From NCBI GenBank assembly GCA_964360785.1, contig CAYHXX010000001.1, positions 412,264-476,263 on the forward strand: a stretch of 64,000 nucleotides of DNA, given 5' to 3'. Origin of the DNA: an uncultured Gammaproteobacteria bacterium (GTDB lineage: Bacteria; Patescibacteriota; Microgenomatia; Woykebacterales; RBG-16-39-9b). Both the position numbers and the translations under genes were made by a program. Below, one piece after another: positions 10,033 to 19,122 of the stretch. The notes beneath the pieces are model-generated. The model saw only the letters and a program-made list of their open reading frames with translations, had not been told where the DNA came from and did not search any database. Positions within the stretch are counted from its first letter, which is position 1. Every line of letters starts with the position of its first letter.

Positions 10033-11817
10033 ATGAACTCCACCATGAGAAATATACTGAAAATAATTTCTATTTCCAAACCACTGCACAAACTTGTCTT
10101 GATAATCGGCTCGCTAATTTTAGTCGGAGCACTGCTGGATTTAATTCCACCAATCTTATCAAAATTTATCGTCGATGAGATAGTTAAGAAGCTCAATCAC
10201 GAAGGCGGGAGCGTAAATACCTTGGCCATTTTGATTGGGATAGGATTCGCTCTTCATTTTGTTGGAACGGTAGGCGATACAGTTAGCGAAAGGCTTGGGG
10301 ATCACTTTGCTGGACGGTTGCGAAAATTCTTAACCGAGAAATTTTACGATAAAGTTCTTTCACTGCCACAAAGTTATTTCGATGGGGAAATCTCGGGGAA
10401 AATAGTCAACCAGCTTAATCGCGCCATCACCTCAATACAAAATTTCATCAATAGTTCCACAAACTTTATTTTACCAACATTTTTGCAAAGTATCCTTACA
10501 ATTGCAGTACTGTCATTTTATAGTTTACCAATCGCCTTCTTTACCTTTCTACTCTTTCCAATTTACTTAAGTTTGAGCTACTACTCATCAAAACGTTGGG
10601 GGGCAGAAGAAGTCAAGAAAAATGCAATTGAGGATCTTTCTCGCGGACGAATCCAGGAAGTTGTCGGCAATATAAGGCTAGTCAAAAGTTTTAATAATGA
10701 ATTAAATGAATTTAAATTTATCCAAACCAATTTAGATAAATCAAACGAAATCTATGCACGTCAAAGCCGGACTTTCCATATTTTTGATTTCTTTCGCAAC
10801 CTAAGTCTAATCACGATTTTATTATTGATAAATATAGTAGCTTTCTACCAAACTTTCCAAGGGAATTTTTCCATCGGTACTCTTGTTCTTATTTTACAGC
10901 TAGTAAACCAAGCAAGACGGCCCCTCTTTGCCATGAGTTTCATTCTAACTAATGTTCAGAACGCAGAAGCAGGTTCAAAAGAATATTTTGAAATACTACA
11001 ACTACCTTCAAAAGAGAATTATTTGACGGACGAAGAAACTGAGATAATAAAAGACCCAACGATAGAATTTAAAAAAGTGTCTTTTAGTTATGAAAAATCA
11101 GAATCAGTTCTTGATGATATTAGTTTCAAATTGAACAAAAAAGAAAGCGTAGCTTTGGTTGGTCACTCTGGAGCTGGTAAGTCGACGATTATCAATTTAA
11201 TACTTAAGTTTTACGAGCCAAATAAAGGTGCAATATTTCTTAACGGTAATAAATATTCGAACTTGAGTCATAAAGCAATCAGACAAAATATTGCTTTGGT
11301 TTTTCAAGAAAACGAATTATTCTCAACGAGTATTCGCGAAAATGTGGCTTATGGAAAGCTCAAAGCAACCGATGACGAAATTATTGAAGCTTTGAAGAAG
11401 GCCAACGCTTATGAATTTGTCGAAAAACTTCCCCAGGGTATAAATAGCGAAGTCGGTGAAAGGGGCGTCAAGCTTTCGGGTGGGCAAAAACAAAGGGTTC
11501 AAATTGCCCGCGCAATTCTTAAAGATTCCCCAATCCTAATTTTGGACGAGGCAACCAGTAGCCTTGATGCAAAAAGTGAGCGGGAGGTTCATGAGGCTCT
11601 CAATGTTTTGATGAAGAATCGTTTGGTAATAATCATTGCACATCGATTCAGTACGATCCAAAATGTCGATAAGATCTTGGTTCTTGATGGCGGTAAAATT
11701 GTTGAGAGTGGAAATCCAGGAGAACTAGCCAAGAAACCTGGGATTTACTCAGAATTACTTAACTATCAGATAGAGGGTAATCGCAAACTTCTCGAGAAAT
11801 TTGACATAACTGAGTAG
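10033..11817 (+). CDS. ABC transporter, fused permease/ATP-binding (MsbA/MdlB-like)
   Basis: TM domain, GHSGAGKS, LSGGQKQR, ILDEATS. Confidence 0.93.
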   Translation: MNSTMRNILKIISISKPLHKLVLIIGSLILVGALLDLIPPILSKFIVDEIVKKLNHEGGSVNTLAILIGIGFALHFVGTVGDTVSERLGDHFAGRLRKFLTEKFYDKVLSLPQSYFDGEISGKIVNQLNRAITSIQNFINSSTNFILPTFLQSILTIAVLSFYSLPIAFFTFLLFPIYLSLSYYSSKRWGAEEVKKNAIEDLSRGRIQEVVGNIRLVKSFNNELNEFKFIQTNLDKSNEIYARQSRTFHIFDFFRNLSLITILLLINIVAFYQTFQGNFSIGTLVLILQLVNQARRPLFAMSFILTNVQNAEAGSKEYFEILQLPSKENYLTDEETEIIKDPTIEFKKVSFSYEKSESVLDDISFKLNKKESVALVGHSGAGKSTIINLILKFYEPNKGAIFLNGNKYSNLSHKAIRQNIALVFQENELFSTSIRENVAYGKLKATDDEIIEALKKANAYEFVEKLPQGINSEVGERGVKLSGGQKQRVQIARAILKDSPILILDEATSSLDAKSEREVHEALNVLMKNRLVIIIAHRFSTIQNVDKILVLDGGKIVESGNPGELAKKPGIYSELLNYQIEGNRKLLEKFDITE

Positions 11818-11855
11818 AATTTTCTATTTAATTTCCTAAGTCTAAAAAGGTCAAC

Positions 11856-11880
11856 AAAAAAGCGCCCTTTTCTGGCGCTC
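11856..11880 (-). terminator. Intrinsic terminator
   Basis: Minus strand AGCGCC-AGAAAAG-GGCGCT followed by TTTTT. Confidence 0.7.
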
Positions 11881-11890
11881 AACTTTATAT

Positions 11891-11920
11891 AGTATAGCAC
11901 AGACCATTATTTTCTGTCAA
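11891..11920 (-). promoter_or_regulatory. Sigma-70 promoter (extended -10) pointing into the terminator
   Basis: TTGACA-N18-TATACT with TG at the extended -10 position and an upstream A7 tract. Confidence 0.6.
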
Positions 11921-11962
11921 TTTTTTTCGCATTAAGTTCGTTTTCAATTCTTTAAAAAAGTT

Positions 11963-12346
11963 TTACAAATACTTTCTCGCAAATTCGTCGGCTTGCATTT
12001 CCTGTCGATCGGTTTCCTGTTTTGTCTGAGGTTTCAGTATTGCATTGCGGTGATTTAATATCACATGACCAATCTCATGGAGTACTGTATATTCGATTTG
12101 CTCTTTGGCCTCGACAAAAAGTTCATCACTTAAGAAAACTAGATGCTTCCCTTGTAACTCATTGCCTGTCAGGACAAACCCCCAAGCGTCATCAAAACTA
12201 GAGATAAACCAAACATTTTTTATAACTTGATCGGAAATATCATCGGGAAGTTTCTGAATAGCCTCAACCACCGCTTTTTTCATCACATACTTACCTACTA
12301 GTCTACTACCAAGTTTTTCCTTTATCTGATCGATTGAATAGCTCAT
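11963..12346 (-). CDS. HEXXH zinc metallopeptidase-like protein (ImmA/IrrE-like)
   Basis: VLHEIGHVIL...QEMQADEFA. Confidence 0.75.
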   Translation of the reverse strand: MSYSIDQIKEKLGSRLVGKYVMKKAVVEAIQKLPDDISDQVIKNVWFISSFDDAWGFVLTGNELQGKHLVFLSDELFVEAKEQIEYTVLHEIGHVILNHRNAILKPQTKQETDRQEMQADEFARKYL

Positions 12347-12481
12347 TTAACCTTGCCTCTCAAATTGTTGTTAAAGTATGGGCTTCTTGTGTATTGGTTG
12401 TAATGTGGCCTTAATAATAAACTTTGTTGTAACAATTCTCAAGAAAATGCTAGAATTCTTTTATTCTGAAGGAGGTGCGCA

Positions 12482-12748
12482 ATGGCAGACGAGCTTAGGC
12501 CTCAACTCCAGATCGAAGGAAAGCAAGCACTGCAAATAGTCGTCGGATGTTTGCTCTTGAGAGAACAAGATTGGGAAGGAGAAACACAACTCTCGATAAG
12601 TCATTGTTTTGTCCCCGGACAAAATACAGACTGCGGAGAACTGATAGCGGTTACAAAAATCAGAACCGACGAAAGCGAACTATCGGGAATCTGCCGGAGT
12701 TGCTGCTCGGTATTCACTGTCAGCTTCTCAGAACTGACTACAGACTAG
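12482..12748 (+). CDS. Hypothetical Cys-rich protein
   Basis: SD GGAGG 7 nt upstream, TGcTAGAAT promoter, downstream terminator; C...C...CxxCC. Confidence 0.6.
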   Translation: MADELRPQLQIEGKQALQIVVGCLLLREQDWEGETQLSISHCFVPGQNTDCGELIAVTKIRTDESELSGICRSCCSVFTVSFSELTTD

Positions 12749-12777
12749 TAGGAAATGCACTCATGAATCTAGTACTG

Positions 12778-12810
12778 CCCGCTTAGCCAACGACTGAGCG
12801 GGTTTTCTTT
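12778..12810 (+). terminator. Intrinsic terminator
   Basis: CCCGCTTAG-ccaacga-CTGAGCGGG-TTTTCTTT. Confidence 0.75.
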
Positions 12811-14578
12811 ACCAACTACCGCCACCACCACCTCCAAAACCTCCTCCAGAGGAGCCTCCACCGCCAGACCCAGAACTACTAGGAGCTGAGGCAATCGAAC
12901 TCGAAACTGTGGAGGAGAAGGAATTCATAGCACTCCCAAACGCCATAACATTGAAAGCATTTGGGCTGTGGTACCAAGTTGGTTGTTGTGGTTCGATGCC
13001 CATCTTTTCGAAGGCTTTCGCAAACTTCCCTGTCAAGCCAAAAACTATCGCGTAGGGAAGTACCTCATTGAAAAGGTTCTTTTTCTCAAAGAACTGTTGA
13101 CGATATTTTTCTGCTGTTTCAATAAAAAGTTTGTAACCACTTGCTCGAACAAAAAGTTGTCTTCCTAGTGCTGTACGGGCAGGCATAAATTGCGCTGTAA
13201 CTAAAAATATTATTGCTAAAGAAACTACTACTATGCTCAACTCGAATAACCAACTACTAACTATCAAGAAACTCAACCAAAACACACCTGCTCCAACCGC
13301 ACCAAGTACCACAGCGAAAAGCGAGTATCTTAGCCTTACTTTGCTTGGATTTTCTACGAAAAATTTCTTATCAGCCAAATCCAGATATAGCTTTTCTTTG
13401 ACTGTCGCTAGATCCTTATAAAATTTATTCTTTAATTCCGACATTTTGACAACATTACCCTCGTCATCAAATAAACGAAGCAACAACTCCTCTTCATATT
13501 CCAATAAACCTTCTACCTTCTTTTCTAAACGTTCGAATATATAATCACTACTACCGAGAGCCCACGTTTTTGGTTCCTCAGTTATTGTCAAATAACCACG
13601 ACTAGCAAGATCGACAATAGTCGCGGTAACATCCAAGGTATCGGCTTTTTCGTCAATCAAGGCAGCCAATTCCGCCGGTCTTAAATTTTCTGGAGGGGAA
13701 TATTCGACCACTACAGTTTCCTTTGCCCCAACTGGAGATAACGCGGCTTTAGAACCTAGTAAATAGTTTCTTCCAAACCAAAAATCTCTGCCTTTTCGTA
13801 ACCACAACCTTATGATAAGAAAAACCCCAATCAAGAAAACTCCCAAAGAGAGAGCAAGGATCACCGGATTTCCGATATCAGACCAGACGGTTTTTGGTGG
13901 TTCCGCGATAAGCAATGGCACTAAACCCTTCTTGTAACCCAAGGCCACTGTCATACCTTCACCAATATAAAGTGTTCTCGTTGATTCGAAAAATATGTTC
14001 GTAGCTGTAGCTTCAGCTACACTACAGTCCTCTGCAGCATCAGTTACCCCTTGATAACAAGCTTTTTGTAAAACACCTTCTTTAGGTAAAGTAACATTTA
14101 CGCTTGCTTTTTCAATCTCTACTTCCCAATTGTTACCAGTCACATTCCAATAAAGTTCGTCAAACTCCTCATAACCCAAAAGGTTTCCTTTTACTAAGTA
14201 TTGGATTTTGTAACTTTGTGTGCCAGTAATTGTCTCGTTGGGATCTCCAATCTTAAGTACTACATCATTTCCTGAAGTAGTTTTTGAATACTTCTCGTTG
14301 TTGTCGTTGCGGCTTATTGATCTAATTTCAAACTCTAAATACGTCTTTGAACCATCTTTGTTTTGATAAATATATGGAATATTTCGAAATATCCCATGTT
14401 TCTGCAACGAGCCAAAATCAACAGTGATGGTTTCGACAACACTGACAAAACCGTCATCCTGAATCCGAATATCACCGTGAAGACTACTAATTTTCCAATC
14501 TTCTTGTGCCTCTGTGGAAGTATGAAATTGTAGTAAGAAAAAGAATGACAGTACTAAGCTATAAAGAAGTTTCTTCAT
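12809..14578 (-). CDS. DUF2207-type membrane protein
   Basis: KHGIFRNIP, ELYWNVTG, LPYAIVFG and Gly/Ser-rich C-terminus GGGFGGGGGGSW. Confidence 0.85.
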   Translation of the reverse strand: MKKLLYSLVLSFFFLLQFHTSTEAQEDWKISSLHGDIRIQDDGFVSVVETITVDFGSLQKHGIFRNIPYIYQNKDGSKTYLEFEIRSISRNDNNEKYSKTTSGNDVVLKIGDPNETITGTQSYKIQYLVKGNLLGYEEFDELYWNVTGNNWEVEIEKASVNVTLPKEGVLQKACYQGVTDAAEDCSVAEATATNIFFESTRTLYIGEGMTVALGYKKGLVPLLIAEPPKTVWSDIGNPVILALSLGVFLIGVFLIIRLWLRKGRDFWFGRNYLLGSKAALSPVGAKETVVVEYSPPENLRPAELAALIDEKADTLDVTATIVDLASRGYLTITEEPKTWALGSSDYIFERLEKKVEGLLEYEEELLLRLFDDEGNVVKMSELKNKFYKDLATVKEKLYLDLADKKFFVENPSKVRLRYSLFAVVLGAVGAGVFWLSFLIVSSWLFELSIVVVSLAIIFLVTAQFMPARTALGRQLFVRASGYKLFIETAEKYRQQFFEKKNLFNEVLPYAIVFGLTGKFAKAFEKMGIEPQQPTWYHSPNAFNVMAFGSAMNSFSSTVSSSIASAPSSSGSGGGGSSGGGFGGGGGGSW

Positions 14579-14895
14579 TAACTAAGATTAGAAAATATTA
14601 CAACAAATCCGATAAAAACGATTGCTGGGATGATTAGAAGTTGCAAACTGAAAAAGAAAGCACTTTCCATTCTTTCATGGTAATTCTCTCGTAGCTGAAT
14701 AAAATAAGAAAAACAAAAATTTCCTACAGCGAAGAGAAAGCTGGAGGAGAGAATTAGTGCGAATAAATTGCTGTCTTCAACTCCAAAGTTTTCAGACAAA
14801 ACGTTTGTTATGCTCTGGCCAAACCACAAAGCTGCACCAAAAAGAAGGAGGTATATGGAGCCGCCAAGAAATGAGGTTACCTTTGCAATGTCCAT
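14578..14895 (-). CDS. Hypothetical 3-TM membrane protein
   Basis: Hydrophobic ORF translationally coupled to the DUF2207 gene. Confidence 0.65.
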   Translation of the reverse strand: MDIAKVTSFLGGSIYLLLFGAALWFGQSITNVLSENFGVEDSNLFALILSSSFLFAVGNFCFSYFIQLRENYHERMESAFFFSLQLLIIPAIVFIGFVVIFSNLS

Positions 14896-14941
14896 CTTGC
14901 TTTATTTTAACTCAAATTTGTTTAGTTTTCATGAGCAAAAA

Positions 14942-15844
14942 TCATTTTCTGCGTTTTTGGCTGATATTTTGCCAAGTGACCAATAGCGGAGCGGCATTAA
15001 ATATAGAAGAATAGGTTCCGGAGATTATTCCGATAAGTAATGCTGCTACAAACCAACGAATTGAGATACCACCAAATAGAAGCAAAGCAAAAAGTACCAG
15101 AACCACCGTGAGCGAAGTGTTGATAGATCTTCCGATAGTCTGCATGATTGAGTGCTCAACAGTCTCCTCAAAACTCTTGTAGGAGGTACGATTTAGATTT
15201 TCTCTTATTCGGTCAAAGACGACAATTGTGTCATGGACTGAGAAACCAATTACCGTGAGTACTGCTGTTACAAAAAGAGCATCTACCTCAACTGCTAAGA
15301 AATGTCCCAGAATTGCAAAAACACCAAGAAGAACCAAGGCGTCGTGCAACATCGCAATAATTGCGCAAATACCAAACCGCCAACTACTTGCTGGCTTTGG
15401 AACGGAACGAAAGGCATAAGCAATGTAGAGTACGATTAGTAGCGAGGCAATACCTAGTGACAACAATGACTTCTTTAGTAACTCTTGGCCAATTGTCGGA
15501 CCAATTGTTTCCTTACGTAATATTGACAAATTGGGGTCTTTCTCTTTAAACGTGTTTGTTAGAGAATTCACTTGATTGTCGTCTAGAGGGTTTGACCTTA
15601 GTAGGTACGTGTTAGTAGCGGTTACTTGTATGCCGGTTTCTCCAAATTCAATGCTTTTTGTTTTCCCGACTTCAATTATTTCATTTCTAGAAACCTGCTT
15701 GGAAAATTTAACTTCTAAAAGGGTTCCGCCTGTAAAATCAGGTCCTAGTGGTAATCCCCAAAGTACCAAAGCAAATAATCCTGGCAAAATTACCGCCAGC
15801 GAAATAAAATAGTACCACTTCCTTCGACCAACTATATTTAACAT
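14942..15844 (-). CDS. secF: Protein translocase subunit SecF
   Basis: GPDFTGGT, IGPTIG, HDTIVVFDRIRE, GTYSSIF. Confidence 0.95.
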   Translation of the reverse strand: MLNIVGRRKWYYFISLAVILPGLFALVLWGLPLGPDFTGGTLLEVKFSKQVSRNEIIEVGKTKSIEFGETGIQVTATNTYLLRSNPLDDNQVNSLTNTFKEKDPNLSILRKETIGPTIGQELLKKSLLSLGIASLLIVLYIAYAFRSVPKPASSWRFGICAIIAMLHDALVLLGVFAILGHFLAVEVDALFVTAVLTVIGFSVHDTIVVFDRIRENLNRTSYKSFEETVEHSIMQTIGRSINTSLTVVLVLFALLLFGGISIRWFVAALLIGIISGTYSSIFNAAPLLVTWQNISQKRRK

Positions 15845-16170
15845 TAGTTTGTTTCCTTAATTTCTCTAAAGTCTTCCATAATTTGCTCTTCAATTCCCAC
15901 AATTGCCTCTTTTACAATTTCCTCTAGATTTGCTATCTTCTGATGCAGAAACTCTAGATAATTTTCACCCGTACCAATCACCAAAAGCTCAAGAAATACC
16001 TGTTTGTCCTTTTCCTCTAAGTATTCTAAAACCCTGTTCAGAAGCTTTTGATGATAAAGTAGCGTGACTATCTCCGTCAACTTAACTTTTTCCTGCTCTT
16101 CTACATCAAGCTTTCCAATCTCGATAAATATTTTTGGTTCTTTTATAAAATGTCTTACTAAAATACTCAT
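15844..16170 (-). CDS. Hypothetical helical protein
   Basis: 108-aa ORF coupled to secF. Confidence 0.65.
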   Translation of the reverse strand: MSILVRHFIKEPKIFIEIGKLDVEEQEKVKLTEIVTLLYHQKLLNRVLEYLEEKDKQVFLELLVIGTGENYLEFLHQKIANLEEIVKEAIVGIEEQIMEDFREIKETN

Positions 16171-16191
16171 AACCTCTTTTTTGTGAGAATA

Positions 16192-17130
16192 CTAAATTGG
16201 CCCTAATTTTACTGTACCCCTCACGTCATCTATAAAAAATATTAGAACTTTTGCCTTTCGGCTACCACGATACATCTGCAGATGATCCATAAGTTCAGGT
16301 GAACCCCCGAAACTTTTTCCTGTCCACTTTGCTGGACCTGCGTCTGCTATATCGCCTACGACTGATCTACCATTTTCCGTGTTCACAACCAAAACCTTAC
16401 GGTGTTTGTACCACGCGGCCTTGCTGCTGTTGTAACCAGGAATATCAAAGGTTTGCACAACTACATAGTATTTCTCCTCCTCAATATTTTCTTTGGTAAG
16501 TGCAAACTTGTTCGGGGCAAAATACCCAAATGCGCCACGGTTTCTAGTCAACCTACTTTTTCCATAAATGTTTGCTGAAACTCCTGACTCAAAGTGCTCC
16601 TGTATATTGTCTCCAGGATAACGTGGTAAATGCTGTTCCAAACCAATTTTCCCATAACTTGTATTTAGGTGATTACCATCCAATTCCGCCGTGACTTTTA
16701 TCCCGATATTTTTAGATATTTCATCAGTCAAAACCCTTTCGTTTTCTACCGAAAGATGTTTGACGTTTCTTGGTAGGTGGTTGCTGAAAATTTTTAAAAG
16801 AGCTTCTTTCGTATCCTGTCTCCCAACTGCTTCGCCAATTATTTGATTCGTAATCAAAGACTCTCCAGCCGTATTAGTAGGTAAATTCTTTTCTGGTACC
16901 AGACCGCTAGAAAGCAGTACTATTCCGGCAGCCAAACCCGCGGCTGCTCTTCGTCCACCTTTTTGTAAGATGTGATCAGCATCAATCCCCCTTCTTTCTA
17001 GATACTCAAGTGCGTCTTTATGTTTCTCTTCGAACTCAGTTATAAGTTCTTGCGATCTTTTCTCTAATCTTCTAGAAAGAACAGCGAAATTTGGGTTTTG
17101 CTTTTTTCCCAAAATTTTTTTTAATTTCAT
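16192..17130 (-). CDS. Membrane-anchored protein with C-terminal RlpA/DPBB-like domain
   Basis: TM at about aa 62-78; KVLVVNTENGRSVVGDIADAGP resembles the RlpA VTN..NGRSVVV.INDRGP motif. Confidence 0.6.
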   Translation of the reverse strand: MKLKKILGKKQNPNFAVLSRRLEKRSQELITEFEEKHKDALEYLERRGIDADHILQKGGRRAAAGLAAGIVLLSSGLVPEKNLPTNTAGESLITNQIIGEAVGRQDTKEALLKIFSNHLPRNVKHLSVENERVLTDEISKNIGIKVTAELDGNHLNTSYGKIGLEQHLPRYPGDNIQEHFESGVSANIYGKSRLTRNRGAFGYFAPNKFALTKENIEEEKYYVVVQTFDIPGYNSSKAAWYKHRKVLVVNTENGRSVVGDIADAGPAKWTGKSFGGSPELMDHLQMYRGSRKAKVLIFFIDDVRGTVKLGPI

Positions 17131-17131
17131 C

Positions 17132-18487
17132 TCAAGACTTATATACTACTCTAAGAAATGTCCTTGTCACGGTGATGGCAGTAAACATCGACACTAAGAT
17201 ACCGATTGCAAGTGCGACAGCAAATCCTCTGACTTGCCCAGTTCCAAAACTAAAAAGCACTAAGGTCGTTATCAGCGAGGAGATATTGGAATCTCTGATC
17301 GAGTTCCACGCACGACCGAATCCTATCTCAATGGCTTGTTTCCGATTCCGACCAAGCCGCAACTCTTCTTTCATACGCTCAAAGATCAAAACATTGGCAT
17401 CTACTGCCATTCCGATAGAAAGGATAAACCCAGCAATACCTGCAAGGGTAAGCGTTACTGGGACAGATTTGAAAACTGCTAAAGTAACCATCGTGTAAAT
17501 TAAAAGCGCAAGATCTGCTAATAACCCTGGGATACCGTAGAAAAAGATCATGAAAATACCGATCACTGCTAAACCAATTGCACCGGCCACTAAACTGCGT
17601 TGCACTGATTCTTGCCCCAAAGTCGCCCCAACTGTTCTCTCAGATACAATATCGATCTTTTTAACCGGCAAAGCACCTGCTTTGAGTTGTGTAGCCAATC
17701 TTTTTGCTTGATCAACATCAACACCAGTTATCTGACCTTTATCACTTATTTCTGATTGCACTGTTGGTGCTGAAACGACTAGCCCATCGAGAAAAATAGC
17801 CAATGGTTTTCCAATTAATCTTTTTGTAAGAGCGCCAAATTTGGCTGCTGATTCACTTTTCATTTCAAAGGCAACCACTGGTTGGCCTGGGTTTTGACTG
17901 TCTTGAGCTTGCGGGTAGTCAATATTGGCAGACTTCAAATCTTTTCCAGAAATTCCAGTTTCCTTGGTATTCTCAAGTGTTGGGAAGGTACCGGCTGGCG
18001 CGTTCGGATCGGTAAGTTCGCGAAACTCGAGTTTTGCCGTTTCCCCAACCAGTTTCTTGGCCTCGTCAACATTTTTTACTCCAGGAAGTTGGACTATTAT
18101 TCGATACTCTTCTCCGACCTGAGAAGTCTGAACCACTGATTCAGAAACTCCAAACAAGTTTACTCGTCTTTCAATCACTTCTTTTGCAGCATCCAGGGCT
18201 TCCTTCTTTTTATCATTTGAGATATCTGACATATCTGCTCTGAGGATAAGGTCAGTACCACCTTGTAGATCTAACCCAAGTTTGACATCTAAATCCCGCT
18301 CAATTCTGGTACCAAAGACACTAAAATCAAGCTTGGGACCAGCCAAAACAGTATCAATGTAAATACTTTTCCCCTGGATTTTTATTGGACCGGAATTAAA
18401 TTTTATAGGTACTCTAGGCCAATCAACTAGTAACGCTACTATTACAATCGAAAATATTAATGTTAGTAGAATTCGGTTTCGGTTCAT
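17132..18487 (-). CDS. secD: Protein translocase subunit SecD
   Basis: LGLDLQGG, IERRVN..GVSE, GMAVDANVLIFER. Confidence 0.95.
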   Translation of the reverse strand: MNRNRILLTLIFSIVIVALLVDWPRVPIKFNSGPIKIQGKSIYIDTVLAGPKLDFSVFGTRIERDLDVKLGLDLQGGTDLILRADMSDISNDKKKEALDAAKEVIERRVNLFGVSESVVQTSQVGEEYRIIVQLPGVKNVDEAKKLVGETAKLEFRELTDPNAPAGTFPTLENTKETGISGKDLKSANIDYPQAQDSQNPGQPVVAFEMKSESAAKFGALTKRLIGKPLAIFLDGLVVSAPTVQSEISDKGQITGVDVDQAKRLATQLKAGALPVKKIDIVSERTVGATLGQESVQRSLVAGAIGLAVIGIFMIFFYGIPGLLADLALLIYTMVTLAVFKSVPVTLTLAGIAGFILSIGMAVDANVLIFERMKEELRLGRNRKQAIEIGFGRAWNSIRDSNISSLITTLVLFSFGTGQVRGFAVALAIGILVSMFTAITVTRTFLRVVYKS

Positions 18488-18535
18488 ATACGTGCTTAAG
18501 TTTACAATTTCTGAGGTTTTTTGGTCAACAAAGTC

Positions 18536-19111
18536 TTATCTCAAGATCTCCTCTTCATCACCAACAAGCATCACTCGAGTCTTTTCCAAAATTCCAGTTA
18601 CAAATGGGTCACGTCTGTGCTTACGGAAATTAAACTCATCTTCTGTCATAACAGTGTAGTTGATTTCACGCCCAACTTCGTTTTCGGCTCTTTTAACAAC
18701 CTGAGCTAGCTGAGGAATAACAACGTTACCTACAACCAATAGGTCAACATCAGCGGCACCAACAGGACGACGCCTTATATACCCGCCTGATAGAAGGGCA
18801 AATTTAATTTTTCCGAGTTTGCCGCGTTCTTTTATAATATCCCCACCCAAACCCTGCACCTTGGAAATCATTCTTGAGAGCTCATCATAGAAAATATAGT
18901 CTTTGCGGAAGCCATAGAACTTTCTGTTGGCTCTGTTTTCCGAAAAAACCATGTCAGCTTTATCCATGCGCTGAAGTTCTGCACGAACTGCATTTATTTG
19001 TTCACCTACCATTCGCACAAGTTCGCGCACGTAGAATATTTTTCCTGGGTTAGCAAGGAATACTGTGAGCAGTTTTACCCGAGTTTTTGATATAAATAGG
19101 TCTTTTAACAT
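18536..19111 (-). CDS. wHTH plus minimal nucleotidyltransferase-like protein
   Basis: SKTRVKLL..FYVRELVR wHTH; SGG...DVDLLVVG; start re-assigned to MLKDLF behind a GGAGG SD. Confidence 0.75.
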   Translation of the reverse strand: MLKDLFISKTRVKLLTVFLANPGKIFYVRELVRMVGEQINAVRAELQRMDKADMVFSENRANRKFYGFRKDYIFYDELSRMISKVQGLGGDIIKERGKLGKIKFALLSGGYIRRRPVGAADVDLLVVGNVVIPQLAQVVKRAENEVGREINYTVMTEDEFNFRKHRRDPFVTGILEKTRVMLVGDEEEILR

Positions 19112-19122
19112 TAGTCCTCCAT

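Noticed and set aside
12809-12920. GC-rich Gly/Ser repeat
   Set aside because: Normal DUF2207 C-terminal tail
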